From assembly GCA_963796455.1 (NCBI GenBank), contig CAWCLO010000004.1, positions 128,001 to 192,000 on the forward strand: DNA of 64,000 nucleotides, written 5' to 3'. The notes under the pieces were generated by a model, which worked only from the letters and a program-made list of their open reading frames with translations, was not told the origin of the DNA and did no database searches. The position numbers and the translations under genes were made by a program. Shown one piece after another: positions 22,631 through 35,039 of this stretch. The first letter of the stretch is position 1. Every line of letters starts with the position of its first letter. This DNA is from Candidatus Sulfomarinibacteraceae bacterium (GTDB taxonomy: Bacteria; Acidobacteriota; Thermoanaerobaculia; Thermoanaerobaculales; Sulfomarinibacteraceae).

Positions 22631-23576
22631 TCAGAATACTCGTCCCGGTTTCACTCTCCCGACTAGTCGGTCAAAAAGACCAAAGAGATAGCCTGACAAC
22701 AAACCGCAATCGATTGCAGCAACAATGGGTACGCCAATCTGTATCTTTCTTGCCCAGGAAAGGTTCACGTTACGTGTTCTTTGAAGGTAGTATGCGTAGT
22801 AGGTTAATATCAATGCTAGAGACAATAAACCAAAAGTAGGCGAGAGAAATGGTCCGGTAAATCCAAGAAAATAAATTAGAAATCGCAAAAAGTATTTCCC
22901 AAAAAAAATCTTAGCATTACCGTCACCTCTTGCGTATAAAAAGAACTGCTTAAAGACTTGTGAAATGTTGGTTCTTGGGCGCCAATATACGATTGCTTTT
23001 TGAACCACATATGGTACGATACCGGCATTTCTCATTTTCAAAAAAAAGACGGTGTCTTCAGCAGTGTAGAAGCTCTTCTGGAAAACCTCCAATACTTTTC
23101 CACACTTCTTTTCGAAAGGCCAAGGATCGCGCAGATGGAACGAACTCTTCTGTGGATTTTTCTCGGAGAGTTAAGAACGTTATTGATGACAGTATTTCTT
23201 CGAAATCAGATTCGTTATTTGGTAGATACCATCCAGAAACTACGGTGACGGATTCTTCTTCAAACGGAGACACTATATTGTCTAACCAGTCTCGGTCCAA
23301 TGAACACCCACAATCCGTTACCGCAATGACATTATGAGACGCCTCCTTAATTGCAAAGTTTCTCCCTTGTGAGATATTTAGTCGACCGGGTGTCAGGAAT
23401 CTGACTCTCGGATTGTCACGAAATGCCTCGGTGAGTTCTTTGATTACGCCCACTGGAGAACCCCCGTCGACGATCACGATTTCGTTGGGTTTTCGGCTCT
23501 GGTTTTCGAATGATGAGACGAGGCGAATTAGTTCTGAGTCTTCATTGATTGCTGTAACGATAACGCTTACTTCCAT
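22631..23576 (-). CDS. GT2 glycosyltransferase (frameshifted)
   Basis: VSVIV, IVIVDGGS, GRNFAI, VTD, GGFPE and AED across two frames. Confidence 0.82.
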
Positions 23577-23754
23577 GAGATATCGACCTCTTGGCGTTCC
23601 TTTTTTGGTTTGCTATTTTTTGGGAGCGGCCGATAAGTGACATCGAGATCCGCTGCTGGCCGTTCATAAATAGATAGAGGCGTTTGGAAAAACCGGATAT
23701 GTGATGGACTACGATTGGCGGTTGTAGCTACGGAATATAGACTAAGCGAAAATC

Positions 23755-24604
23755 TCATAGCAGCCGTCGCTTTTTTGTTAGGCGCCGCCAACTCTCGACC
23801 CACGAACTGGGGATCAGGACACGCAATGTGCTTCGAAACAAACCCAGCCACGCTTGCGAGTAGGTAATACGGTACGGCATATGGCGAACCTGTAGCTTTA
23901 GCCGAGTTCGCGCTTGGGCTCCAAGATCCGAGAGGGTGATGCCGGTTGATGAGAGCCGATAATCTACCAGGAATTCGGGGATATTCGTCAATTGATGATG
24001 CCGCGAGAGCCTACAGAAGAGATCGTAGTCTTCGGCGGTCCGCAGTGACTCGTCCCATCCACCAATATTTTCTAAGGTGCTTACTCGGAACATCACGGTT
24101 GTGTTTATGATGCACTGGTTAATACACAGAGTACGGTCGCACGTCGTCCGGGTGGGTTGGTGGATATGAATCTGTATAGACCAAGTCCAGCATTTTGAGG
24201 GTCGACGGCATTGGCCCACGAACCTACTGCCGCAAAAATCTCGTGGGTGTCAAGGAATTGCATTTGTTTAGCAAATCGCTTCGGGTGGGCGATGTAGCGT
24301 TCCGCGTCAAGCACGGCTGCGTACTGATAGCCCTGGTGAACGATTTGCTCAGAGCCATATTTCGACTGCCGCCGGGCCCTGTTGAATTGCCGTTGCGCAA
24401 GATCTTGACGCTTTCGGGGATCCGGCCCAAGGTATTCTTCAGCAATTGGTAGACGGGAATCCTACTGCCGTCGTCGGCGATGAAGAGATCAACCTGTGCG
24501 GTGCTTGAAAGAACGCTATCCACAAATGCCTCCCGGAGCGTGTCTTCCGCATTGTATGCCGCCATGATCACCGCGACCTTGTGGCGGTGAGATAGTCTGA
24601 TCAA
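23755..24604 (-). CDS. GT2 glycosyltransferase (frameshifted)
   Basis: VIMAAYNAE, ADDGS, SRN, RFAKQ and GGWDESLRTAEDYDL. Confidence 0.8.
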
Positions 24605-24825
24605 GACCGTCCTTAAATTTCACCTAACTATCCGTCGCTGTGAAATTTGGAGATTCTCTTTTCCACCGATCATTCCCTTCGCAATTGGGATTCAATCAGT
24701 CTAAACGGCAAAGAATGGGCTTCCGCACGAGGGCCTGCTAAGCCAGGTTTCGAGGTAATCGACTGCGTTGAAAAGGTGTCGACAGGCGTTCCGCATGCCA
24801 AGATTCTACTGATTTGAAGTCGGGC

Positions 24826-25962
24826 TTAGTGAAGCGATACAACATTTTGGTAGAGCTCCGTGGCGTCCACCATGTTGTAACGTTGAATTCAGCCTTCACC
24901 CTTTCAAACCCCGCATGCCCCATTCGTTGTCGCAGCCCTGCATCCCTCGCGAGAAAATTGATTTACTCGCCGAGCAAACTCTCCTGAATTTCCTTGCGAA
25001 ACCAGTATTCCCGTTTCTCCGTTTTTGATCAGAGTTCTCGCACCCATGACATCCGTAGCGACTACCGGGAGGCCTGCGCTCATTGCTTCACATAGGACAT
25101 ATCCGAAGCTTTCGTACCGAGATGTGAGTGCAAATATGTCGAATTCGCGAACCATCGCTTGGGCCTCGTCACGCCATCCGACGGCGAATGACAGTCCGAT
25201 CCTAGCCCGTGTTTTTCGATGAACGCTTTCGCTTTCACTTCAAGTTCGCCGTTGCCGACCCAAACAAAATGCACTTCAGGTATCTCCCCGATGACGCATC
25301 TTGCGGCCTCCAGACCCCAACGGATTCTTGACAGGACTCCGGAAACCCTATCGCCCCCACCACAATCGCCTGTGGCGAGATGCCCAGTTTTCCTTGATCA
25401 AAAAACAGCGAACTGTTTCTTGGAGGTCGATTGCCAATTGAATTGTTGTCGTACTGTTCTCATCGAACAGTCGTGATGACCTGAAGTCATCCCTATTCCG
25501 AATCTGACACAGCAATTGCGCAGTCAGTGAACTTGGCCGCGAGCTTCTCCGAGGTACCAGAACTTTTGATCGACGTGAGTGGACAAGCCATGTGGTGTGT
25601 ATACGGTCGTGGTGCCGGTGAAGGCGAGTTTTCCGGCTATTAATTTTACAGAAACCCGGCTTTTGAACTGTGACAGTGCAGGATGTCTGGTTTTGTTTCC
25701 CGAACAATCTTCCAGATCTGAGTTCCACAGCGGAAGTCGTCGATTGGTGAGAGCCCTCAGTTTCATAGGGATTTCAATAAGTTGGATGCTTTCCGCGTTC
25801 ATGCAATTCAGGCAGTGCTTTGAAAAACAGCGGGTCCGCCCTATAAGTTGAGTAGGCGAACGAAATGTCGAACTTCGTGAGATCAATCCTCTTTAGGAGA
25901 TCAACAATGTACTTCCGAGTTCCTCCAAGAGTAGCTTCCATAAGCAAGAGCACTCGTATCAA
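24826..25962 (-). CDS. GT4 glycosyltransferase (frameshifted)
   Basis: MEATLGGT, VYTPHG, FVWVGNG and SRYESFGYVLCEAMSAGLPVVATD. Confidence 0.8.
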
Positions 25963-26172
25963 CCGCCGGTTTCACTCTCGTAGGATTTGGTCGGGAGAGG
26001 TAGCGGTTTGTAAATAGCTTCCATAGGTCAATTCTACAGGAATTGTTCCAATGGAAGTGATACCTCACAATGCTATTCTCATTTCACCCCGGTTACTTCG
26101 GGAGATTGAACGATTGGTTGTAAAACGGCGTCGGCGCCCCAGATGAGAAGCGTCTTGACCGGCGACATAACG

Positions 26173-27574
26173 TTATTTCTGAGGAGGATTGGATTCCGGG
26201 CGAAATCTGCTGGAAACAACAGAATATCCGACTGTCCAGACAGACAGAAGCATGATGGTCCACAACGCATTGAGCCCGTGGAGCAGCGTCGATTCAAAAA
26301 TGTTGTGAACGATACCAAGGGTAAGCAGCAAAAGGCCACAAAGCAAAAGTTCGCGCCTAAACTGGTCGACACCATCACTTCGATATCGCAAAAGGGCGCG
26401 ATAGGGTTGTGCCAGAGCCAAGAGCGCGAGGATGATGCCCACAGCGCCAAGGGTCACCATGACATCCCAGGTAGCCGTTGTGCGCCTCTGTGTATTGGGC
26501 TACGAAATCGCTGGCATAATTCAATGACGGGGAACCATCACCAATAGCCCAGAATGATCCGTAGCCCACACCTACAAGAGGAGCCGCAGCAATGGATTCC
26601 CAGACGAATTTCCAGATTTCTGTGCGCCCGGGTCAACGTTAGGTCGACGAACGAAAATTGGTTATCCCCGGCAACATCTGCCCAAAGGGCGAGGCTACCG
26701 AAGATGTATAGCGGGACAACAATTCCACCGAGCCACGCAAATAGCAAAAGGCCCTTTCGGTTGAAGCCTTTCTTCAGGCCAGCAACAAAGAAAATGCCAA
26801 GTGGAATCATTGCGACGAAAACTGCAATACTGGTCCGAGATTGGGTGAACCATTCAAAAACACGGCCCATGCGCAGGAGCTTGCCAAGAGTAGGTAGGGG
26901 CTTCTACGAGAAACGCCAACAAATAGCCACAGCAAGGTCGCAATTGCGCTGATGAGTCCCGAAATATTCTTGTGAAGGTGCAACCCTTCCCACTTTCCCA
27001 TATGATCGATCGCCAGGTCCGGTACAACGATGATTCCGCAATAATTCGCTGCCATAACTAGCCCAGTGACCATCAAAAGCACGTTCGTAATCCGTCGTGG
27101 AGCAACCGTGGTGAATAGCAGGGTTATCGTGGCACTCAAAAAGGTCCCAAGAAGTCGGCGAGTGGAGATTCCTATGACGTCAGACCAGAGAATGCTGAAA
27201 GCTGCCCATGCGAACACACACAACAAAATTCGATTGGTGCCAGCTCCCTCAGCATTTGCTTTCTGCGCGAAGCCAACATCGGGGTAACCGCGACTAGAAA
27301 TACGAGCAAAATGATTTGTCGCGCCCCCTGTCCCCCGCTCCAGATTGATCGATCGCTACACCCGAACCTTCCATAAACGGGTTCGTCCCGATCATTAGGA
27401 AGAGCAAAAACAAAGACGCAATAGTGGCGCAGTACGGATCGGCCGACGATCCGCGTTCACAGAACCATCCAAGACGTCACGCCCCCGGCGGGCTGGTTTT
27501 CTGTTGTGTGAGACGCTCGTCAACACGCTGTTCTATTTCCCGCCCTTGATTAATCTGTTCGTCGCCTCGCTCAT
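26173..27574 (-). CDS. O-antigen ligase/Wzy-like polymerase (frameshifted; start approximate)
   Basis: SILWS, W.G...HKN, TQSRTS, GYGSFW and AHNGY, with many TMs. Confidence 0.72.
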
Positions 27575-27816
27575 GACGAACATCCGATAGGTTTGACGGA
27601 ATCCCAGTTCCAGTATAGAAGCCCGGGTGGGAACATCAACCGTAACGAACAATCTGGTGCTACACCTGCGATAGACGGCGCCCGTGGTTCTTTTCTGAGA
27701 AATGTAGGCCGTGGCAACGCCACCCCGATTTCAAAATGTAGAAAGCTCGTCGTACGGTTAAGCGGAGAATCCGTCGTTAGGTGGATCGTTGGCCTTGACC
27801 TGCGGATTGTGAATCA

Positions 27817-29130
27817 TCAGATTTCAGTTCGATTGCGAACAGCCATAAATATCGTAATCATATAATTACAAACCCTGCGCCGGACCCGTCCCGGGCGCGG
27901 ATTAAAGGCATAGATTCTCAGTGCCAGACCGAACGAGTGGGACAGCAACAGGCCTGTTGCTGCCCCCATGGCCCCATACGCTCGTGCGAGCCAAAAGCCA
28001 CCAGTTAGTGTTACAAGGAAAGGGGCCCAGTTGACCATGAAATCGGCATTGGCATGGTCCATCGCAAATAGCGCCCGAGAGAAGCAGAAATTTACACTGC
28101 GGGAATAAGGCCCAGGGCAAGAACGAACGTGACCATTCCATTTCCGGCGTACTTACCCCGTAAAGCCATACAACTAAATCCTCACCCAGAAAGAAAATGG
28201 CGCAGGACGCAATGCACATTCCGACAGAAAAGAAGGGTTCCGACCCTGAGGGTAAACTGGTGCAGGGGCGGTGCCCCTTGTTCCGCATATAGATTGGCGA
28301 TTTTGGGTCCCAAAAAGTTCTGCACCCCCGTCAGCGGGACACTTATGAGCGCCATACCCCTAGGCAGGCACCCCAAACTCCCGCAGAAGCTGTCCCATGA
28401 AACGACAAGAAACCAGGGATAGAGGTTCATGCTAATCACCCAGACGAGCCCCGCTTGCCAGCACCCATTTGGCGAACGCCCAGTTTCGCGAAAAATCAGA
28501 AACGACCTGTCTCGGTTCAATCCGAAATCGAACTCGATTCAATAAGTACCAAATCCCGACCGGCAACTCCACATGCCAGACCAATCGCCCAATAGGCCCT
28601 GGCCGCCGAGAGATAACCAAGGTGCGTGAGTATGAGTAGGCCACTGATTTGCAGCGTGGCAACGCAGAGATCAAAAAGTAGTGCTGTCCCCATACGGAGT
28701 CCGGCAAAACAGAACCGGCGAATGAACTCCCTGAACGCTATGAACCCAACAGTCACTGCTAAGGACCAAATGACGGGACCAAGTCCTGGTCGGGCCTTCC
28801 GAAGGTGAGAAACACCCCGCCCGGAAAAGAGTATCAGCGCGATTAAAGAGGAGAATGCGAATTGGTGGACGAGCAAACTGCCGTTATACAGCTGCAGGGA
28901 CCGCCCTTTGAGTTTGGGCTAAAGACCATGTATGGCGTCGAGATAGTCGATGTTTGGAGATCGGTGAAAAGAAGAACGATGCTGAGACCCAGCATGTAGA
29001 GTCCGAACTCTTCTTTGGTGCAAAACCGGCCAATCAAAACGCCGGTTAGAAAGTTGGCGGCGCTGTAAACACCTTGATTCGCAAGAGTATAAAATCCCTT
29101 TGCCGTGTTCGCCTTGGAAAGGAATCTCAT
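27817..29130 (-). CDS. Wzx-like flippase / oligosaccharide transporter (frameshifted)
   Basis: NQGVYSAANFLTGVLIGR..EFGLYMLG, REFIRR and NWAFAKW. Paralog of 31231-32552. Confidence 0.75.
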
Positions 29131-29420
29131 AACTCTTGCATATTAGTCGAAATGCTCCGAAATGGGATAGGGAATCCCTTCAATTCGATTGAAGGCTATC
29201 ACAGGTGTACGAGGAAAATCGGCCCAAAATCGGACTATGGAGTTCGGTAAGAAGACAATTGGTGTACCAAATAGGGTAGTCTTCCACCAGTCTGTGGGAA
29301 TCTTCGTCCGAAGGCAGCAAGTAGCCGGTAATCGAGTGTGAAAGACTTTTCACGTAAGTCGCATTTAGTGAATCGTCAGCGCGCATATTGCGTGATGGTG
29401 CCTGATGACTTGCTCTGGTG

Positions 29421-30999
29421 TCAACCGAGAGTTTTTCGAAGGTGATCGGCCAGTCTGCTCGCCAGCGCTACGATCGTGAGCGTTGGTGCGTGGACTCCAC
29501 CGGTGGGAAAAACTGAACTTCCACCTATGTAGGGATTGTCGACATTGTGCACTTGGCAGTTTTCGTCCACCACGCCGAATTTAGGGTTTGAACTCATTCG
29601 AGTTGTACCCATGTGGTGCCACGTGCCAACAATTTCTTCTGGCCACGGGGCGATTCCACCCACTTCATGCCAATCAGAATCGCCTTGGATTGCCTTCAGT
29701 CGACTCAGGACAAGGGACTGACATCGACGAATAAGTGACGCTTTCTGCCTCAGAGATCGACCAGGTCAGCCTCGCAATCGAGTTTCCGAGAATGTCCTTT
29801 TGATCGGAAAGCGTGACACGATTGTGGGGCAGGGGTGGTTGTTCTACGCCGTTCATGATTTCGACCCAGGCCCGAAGCGCAGGAAATCCAAATCCGACTC
29901 CTAAAGACGCCGTCAGTGAGATATGGGGTCGTTTCAGCGACAGCTGTGCGTCTGAGGGTCTCAATCGATTGCGGCCCCCTCCGATATCCGGATAGAAAGG
30001 TACATTCCTCCGCAAGACGGCGTAAGCCATCTTGCGAAGGGCATCCCATGAGTGGTTTCTCGACCTCTGAATCCAAAGTAGATGCTGGTTTGATGGTTGA
30101 GTAGCTTCTCTCGTTCGAGCAGATCTTGGTTGACCTTGGAGGCGCGAGAACTTGAGCTTGGACAAAAATGTCGGGAGTTTGGGTAATTTGCTACGACTCA
30201 ACGAGGAGTGCGAGTACCGCTCGCAAATCCTTGGATGCTCCATAAAATGCCGGCCACAACATCGAATTCGTTCCCAATCCCAACATTGGAAGATTGGTTC
30301 GATTCGAGTAGAAGCCTGCTATTCTCGATTCCCCCGCACGCCAATACGAAAGCTTTCGCTTTCACTCGAAACCCGTTGTCCGTCAGGCAGAGAGTATTTC
30401 GACGCTCTCGACTCGTTGGCGTGCAGAGTTGCATCGGATTTTTCGAACAGATGAATGAAGTATCGCCTTGATATTATTCGTTGATTCGATTTTCTTCGAT
30501 AGGCGGTACCGAAATTGAACTGGCCGCAAATGATAGTTGTCGGTGCAGTTCGAGACCTTTTTCAGTTTTGTCGCCGGTTCTTGAGGATATTGGTTCATGA
30601 CTCTCACACCGCAAATCTTCAGGGCGCGGGAATAGTAGGGATCGAGGGATTTACGGGTTATGGGCCAGCCGCTGTTCGGAATCCACGGCCGTTTTTCAAA
30701 ATCCATCGGATCAAGAGGAAGGCATACGCCTCCCCAGGATATTCTGACTTGTGCCTCCGAAGGCTCGAATACGAGACTCTTTCGGCGGGGGGAAATACTG
30801 GGCCCTTCAATTTCGAAATCGGCGAGTTCCTGAGTCTCTCGATCCCAGCGCAGACCGCCGCTTTCGACAAGCGCCGCACTGAGACGTCGGAAGATAAGAA
30901 CTGCAGCGCTATAGTGATCCCCGCGGGACCGGCTCCAACGATACACAGGTCGGATTCTATGGTTGTCGCTGTTTCGACTGTTCGTCCATCGATAAACAA
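29421..30999 (-). CDS. GMC-family FAD oxidoreductase (frameshifted)
   Basis: DLCIVGAGPAG, LACGGIENSRLLL, HHMGTTRM, GVVDENC and SSVFPTGG..PTLTIVALA. Confidence 0.85.
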
Positions 31000-31230
31000 G
31001 CTGGGTTCTCCTTCTCAACTCCCCTTGTAATTTGCGCCACAAGGTCCAGGATCCTGCGAACAAGTATATTCGGTACAAAACCACAAGGGCCGTTCGGTAC
31101 GGTCATTCTTTGAAACAGATTCACCCCTAACGGTGGTGTCGGAGGTGAGCGTCTCTGGGGCGGCGCTTGACCAGCCCGACACCGTTTCCTGTCCTGCGAG
31201 TCAATCTCGGCTATTCTTGATGCAGCCCTG

Positions 31231-32552
31231 ATGAGAATTATTGACCAATCTCCGTTCAATACGCTGCGTCGGCTCGTTGCTCAAAAAGAGTTGCGGGAGT
31301 CGTCGCTCGCGATGGGGGACCAACTCGTTGCGAGCATCACCAACTTTGCGACGGGTGTGATCATTGGGCGTGCCTGCATCCCAAGTGAGTTCGGGCTCTA
31401 CATGCTCGGGCTCAGCCTGGTGCTGGCCGCGATGCACCTGCAAAACTCACTGATCCTCGAGCCATACACCGTGCTGTGTCCTCGTTTCAAGGGGCGGACC
31501 ACGAGGCGTACTTCGGGAGCACGCTCGGCATCCAGATCTATTACTCGATCGCGGTGGTGGCCGGCTTGGCGATCGTGGGCGGAGTCGCTGCTTTCACCCC
31601 CTCCGATTCGGGCGTCGTTTCGGTGGTGTGGGCCCTCTCCGCGGTCATCGGGTTCATTTTGCTCCGTGAGTTCATTCGAAAGACCTGTTTTGCGCACCTG
31701 AACTACCGGACGGCGCTGATACTCGATTCGGTCGTGGCCGTTCTCCAGATATCTGGTCTTCTGGTTGTTGCGTCGATGGGTTGGATGACGGCAGCGCGCT
31801 CGTTCATGGTCATCGGCGTTGTCACGGCAGTCGCCGGACTCGCGTGGCTCTCCGGGAGCCTCAATGCCATTGTGTTCTCGGTGCCGGCACTGAAAAAGGC
31901 ACTTGCGAAAAACTGGTCGCTGGGGAAATGGTTGCTCGCCAGTACACTTCTTTGGGAATCAAATATCCTGCTTTATCCGTGGCTCCTCGCGGCGTTTCAC
32001 GGAACCGCTTCGACGGGTGTTTGGGCGGCAGGATTTGGCGTGGTGTCCATGGCGAACCCGCTCCTGCTCGGAATGCAGAATCTGGTCGGGCCCAGGATGG
32101 CGCATACCTACGCGGAGGGAGGAAAGAAAGCGTTGGACCGCTACCTGGTGCGCGCAACCCTCCTTTTCACGGGTTTTGTGGCGCCCCTCGCGGTCTTCCT
32201 GTTTTTGTTCGCCGATTGGGTTATCGTATTTGTATATGGTGCCGAATATACGGGACGGGGAATCGTGATCATGCCTCTGGCCGTTGATCTCCTTTTAGCG
32301 CCTGCCCTGTTTGCGATGTCGCGTGCATTGGTAGTTGTCGATCGCGCAAAGCTCGACTTCTTGACAAATTGGATCTCTCTTATCGTTTTTCTTTCGATTG
32401 GTATTCAGCTTGCGGAATCCTACTCGTATTTCGGCGTTGCTCTCGGCGTTGCGATCGGAAAGATCTCCGTGACGATTGCAAAGTTCATCGTGTATGTTTT
32501 CGTTGTCAAAAATCCTGAGATGGAAAGACAAATGGTCGATGCAATCGAGTAA
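31231..32552 (+). CDS. Wzx-like flippase (one frameshift near 31490)
   Basis: DQLVASITNFATGVIIGR..EFGLYMLG, followed by a multi-TM body. Confidence 0.8.
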
Positions 32553-33858
32553 GAATTTAATTACCATCGGCTCCTTGAACAAGATTCCAATCTTGTTCTT
32601 TTTTCTCATATTTTCTGTATTTTATATTTCGAGTCATTACAGCAAATATACTCTCGTTTCAGATGACTCGTTTATTCGAGAAGATATGATCCACGATACT
32701 GCTTCTGGATCGATTGGTCGAAAGGTGGGTTTTTCTGTTCTCGGTGTTTATGGACTTTATCTCATTCTTTCGAATCGAAAAACGCGATTTAGATCCCGTG
32801 GAGCGCTTGGATTTCTGATTCTATGCTTCCTCTGTTGGGCCTCGCTGAGCTTTGTCTGGGCATGGAGCCCTTCACTGGTGTTAAGACGGGTTATTGTGCT
32901 GATAAATCTCGCCATAATTGCCCTCGCAACCAGGAAGGTTTTGACGCCGGCTCAGTTTATTTATCTCGTTTTTTCGGTCACGGGTTTATTTCTGTTGATT
33001 GGTTTCGCTGCTGAGTTGAGATACGGAACCTTTGAATTCTTCGGATTTCATCGATTTGCTGGCACGACTCATCCGAATTCTCAAGGAGTCAATTGCGGAC
33101 TCTTTATTCTATCCGGCACGGCATTGTTGGATTATGTAAAGACCCAAAAGCGCCTACTTCTCGTGTTGATCGGGATCGGTTTTCTCTTTTTATTGTTGAC
33201 GAGTTCAAGAACCGCTTTTGCGTCAGCGATGCTCGGGATTTTTGCTTACAAAGCGATGTCTCTCGAGACGACTCGGAAAGTCAGAGTCATGTTTGCCTCG
33301 GCACTGGCCTTACTTGTGGCCGCGACCTATTTTGGTAATAAGTTCTTTCTGGTAATGAAGACCGGCTTGTTGTTCGGGCGGGATGTTGAGTCAGGGGGTG
33401 CCCAGTTAACCGGGAGAGTTCCGGTATTTTTTGAGTGTCTTCGACACCTTCGGGGTCGAGAATTTTTTGGCTATGGTTATCACGGGTTTTGGACGCCGGA
33501 AAGAATCGAAGATATTTCGAGAGAATTAGGCTGGAACGTGCCGAGTGCTCACAACGCATATATCGATATTTTGCTCGAAGTCGGTATTGTTGGACTGTTT
33601 TTATTTGTTGCGGTCACAATCATGAGTTTGGCGTGGTCCCGTCGTATCTTCTTGAAAACCGGAAACGTCGGGTATGCCTTCTTTTTTGCTTTACTGATCG
33701 CCTTTGTTGTTGAGGGAGTTCTGGAATCCATTTATCTGGCGGCAGGATTCCCACAATACGTCATTTTGACTGCGTGTGCCTATGCTGGATTTGCGTGTGT
33801 AGATTTGCAGGAATATTCGAATAAACCTCTTCATAACACGCCTGTGGAAAAAACATGA
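32539..33858 (+). CDS. O-antigen ligase/Wzy-like polymerase
   Basis: HPN, TSSRT, LTGR, GYGY.GFW and AHNAY..ILLEVGIVG. Confidence 0.85.
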   Translation: MQSSKNLITIGSLNKIPILFFFLIFSVFYISSHYSKYTLVSDDSFIREDMIHDTASGSIGRKVGFSVLGVYGLYLILSNRKTRFRSRGALGFLILCFLCWASLSFVWAWSPSLVLRRVIVLINLAIIALATRKVLTPAQFIYLVFSVTGLFLLIGFAAELRYGTFEFFGFHRFAGTTHPNSQGVNCGLFILSGTALLDYVKTQKRLLLVLIGIGFLFLLLTSSRTAFASAMLGIFAYKAMSLETTRKVRVMFASALALLVAATYFGNKFFLVMKTGLLFGRDVESGGAQLTGRVPVFFECLRHLRGREFFGYGYHGFWTPERIEDISRELGWNVPSAHNAYIDILLEVGIVGLFLFVAVTIMSLAWSRRIFLKTGNVGYAFFFALLIAFVVEGVLESIYLAAGFPQYVILTACAYAGFACVDLQEYSNKPLHNTPVEKT

Positions 33859-35021
33859 AACTGCTTCAGATCTATAATAAGTACCGGAGTCTTTTTGGTG
33901 GCGAAGAGACGGTGATGTTGCAGATCGCGGATCTTGTTGAACGTCATGGCGGTACCTCAGAGATACTGATGAAGTCGAGTCGTGGACTTGACGATTCTTT
34001 CTTTGGAAAGAGCAAGGCGTTTTTGTCCGGTATCTACAACTCGAAGACGCCGATCGAAGTCATGGAAACGGTGAATGAATTTGAGCCGGATGTTGTCCAT
34101 GTTCATAATCTTTATCCATTATTTTCTCCTTCGATTCTCCCTGCGATCCGGCGTTCCGGCGTGCCGGTGGTGATGACGGTTCACAATCACATTCATACGT
34201 GCCCGCGGGTGGACCATCTGTGTCGGGGTGTCCTGTGCGAACGATGCGTGGGGGGAAAGGAATACCACTGCGTATTGCGGAACTGTCGGGAAAGTATTCC
34301 AGAGAGTGTGGGGTATGCCCTTCGCAGCGCCACGGCGAGAAAGAAAAGGTTGTTCACGGCAAACGTCAGCAAAGCGGTTGCTTTGAATGAGTTCGCCAAG
34401 GGCAGGTTGGTGATGGCCGGTTTTGCTGAAGATCAGGTGGCCGTGATTCCGAACATGGTTGATCTGTCGGAAGAACCGATAGATGCCTCACGGGGCGAGT
34501 ATGCGGTGTTTTCCGGAAGGATGAGTCGTGAGAAGGGCGTGGATGTGCTTCGCGATGCCGCTCGTTTGGTTCCGGAAATTCCTGTGCGGCTGGCGGGTGG
34601 AGGGCCGGAACTCGATCGGTTGCAGGGAGCATCTCCGGAAAACATGTACTTTCTGGGCCAGCTGGATGCTGTAGGTGTTCGAGATTTGTATCGTTCGGCT
34701 CGATTCCATGTGGTTCCGAGCGTTTGGTTCGAAGGATGTCCGTTGGTCATGCTCGAAGCCATGAGTCATGGGCTTCCGATCATCGCTTCACGAATCGGTG
34801 GTCTCGGAGAGATCGTCGAAGATGGTGTCACCGGGTTTCTGTTCGAACCGGGGAACGGAGAAGATCTGGCGGAGAAGATGAGGTTGCTCTGGAACGACCC
34901 GGAACGATGCCGCACGATGGGCGCGGCTGGTCGCGCCAGAGCACAGAAGGAATTTGACGAGAGTACGTTTTGGCGGCGATTGACCAGGGTCTACGACGAC
35001 GTCATGTCGGCTGGATCCTGA
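33855..35021 (+). CDS. GT4 glycosyltransferase
   Basis: GGEE, PDVVHVHN, GR...EKG and PSVWFEGCPLVMLEAM. Confidence 0.92.
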   Translation: MKLLQIYNKYRSLFGGEETVMLQIADLVERHGGTSEILMKSSRGLDDSFFGKSKAFLSGIYNSKTPIEVMETVNEFEPDVVHVHNLYPLFSPSILPAIRRSGVPVVMTVHNHIHTCPRVDHLCRGVLCERCVGGKEYHCVLRNCRESIPESVGYALRSATARKKRLFTANVSKAVALNEFAKGRLVMAGFAEDQVAVIPNMVDLSEEPIDASRGEYAVFSGRMSREKGVDVLRDAARLVPEIPVRLAGGGPELDRLQGASPENMYFLGQLDAVGVRDLYRSARFHVVPSVWFEGCPLVMLEAMSHGLPIIASRIGGLGEIVEDGVTGFLFEPGNGEDLAEKMRLLWNDPERCRTMGAAGRARAQKEFDESTFWRRLTRVYDDVMSAGS

Positions 35022-35039
35022 GGGGACCGGGGTACTCAG

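Noticed and set aside
15900..31500. Programmed frameshifting or calling the broken genes pseudogenes
   Set aside because: The indels are too many and lack consistent slippery motifs; sequencing error is more parsimonious without reads.
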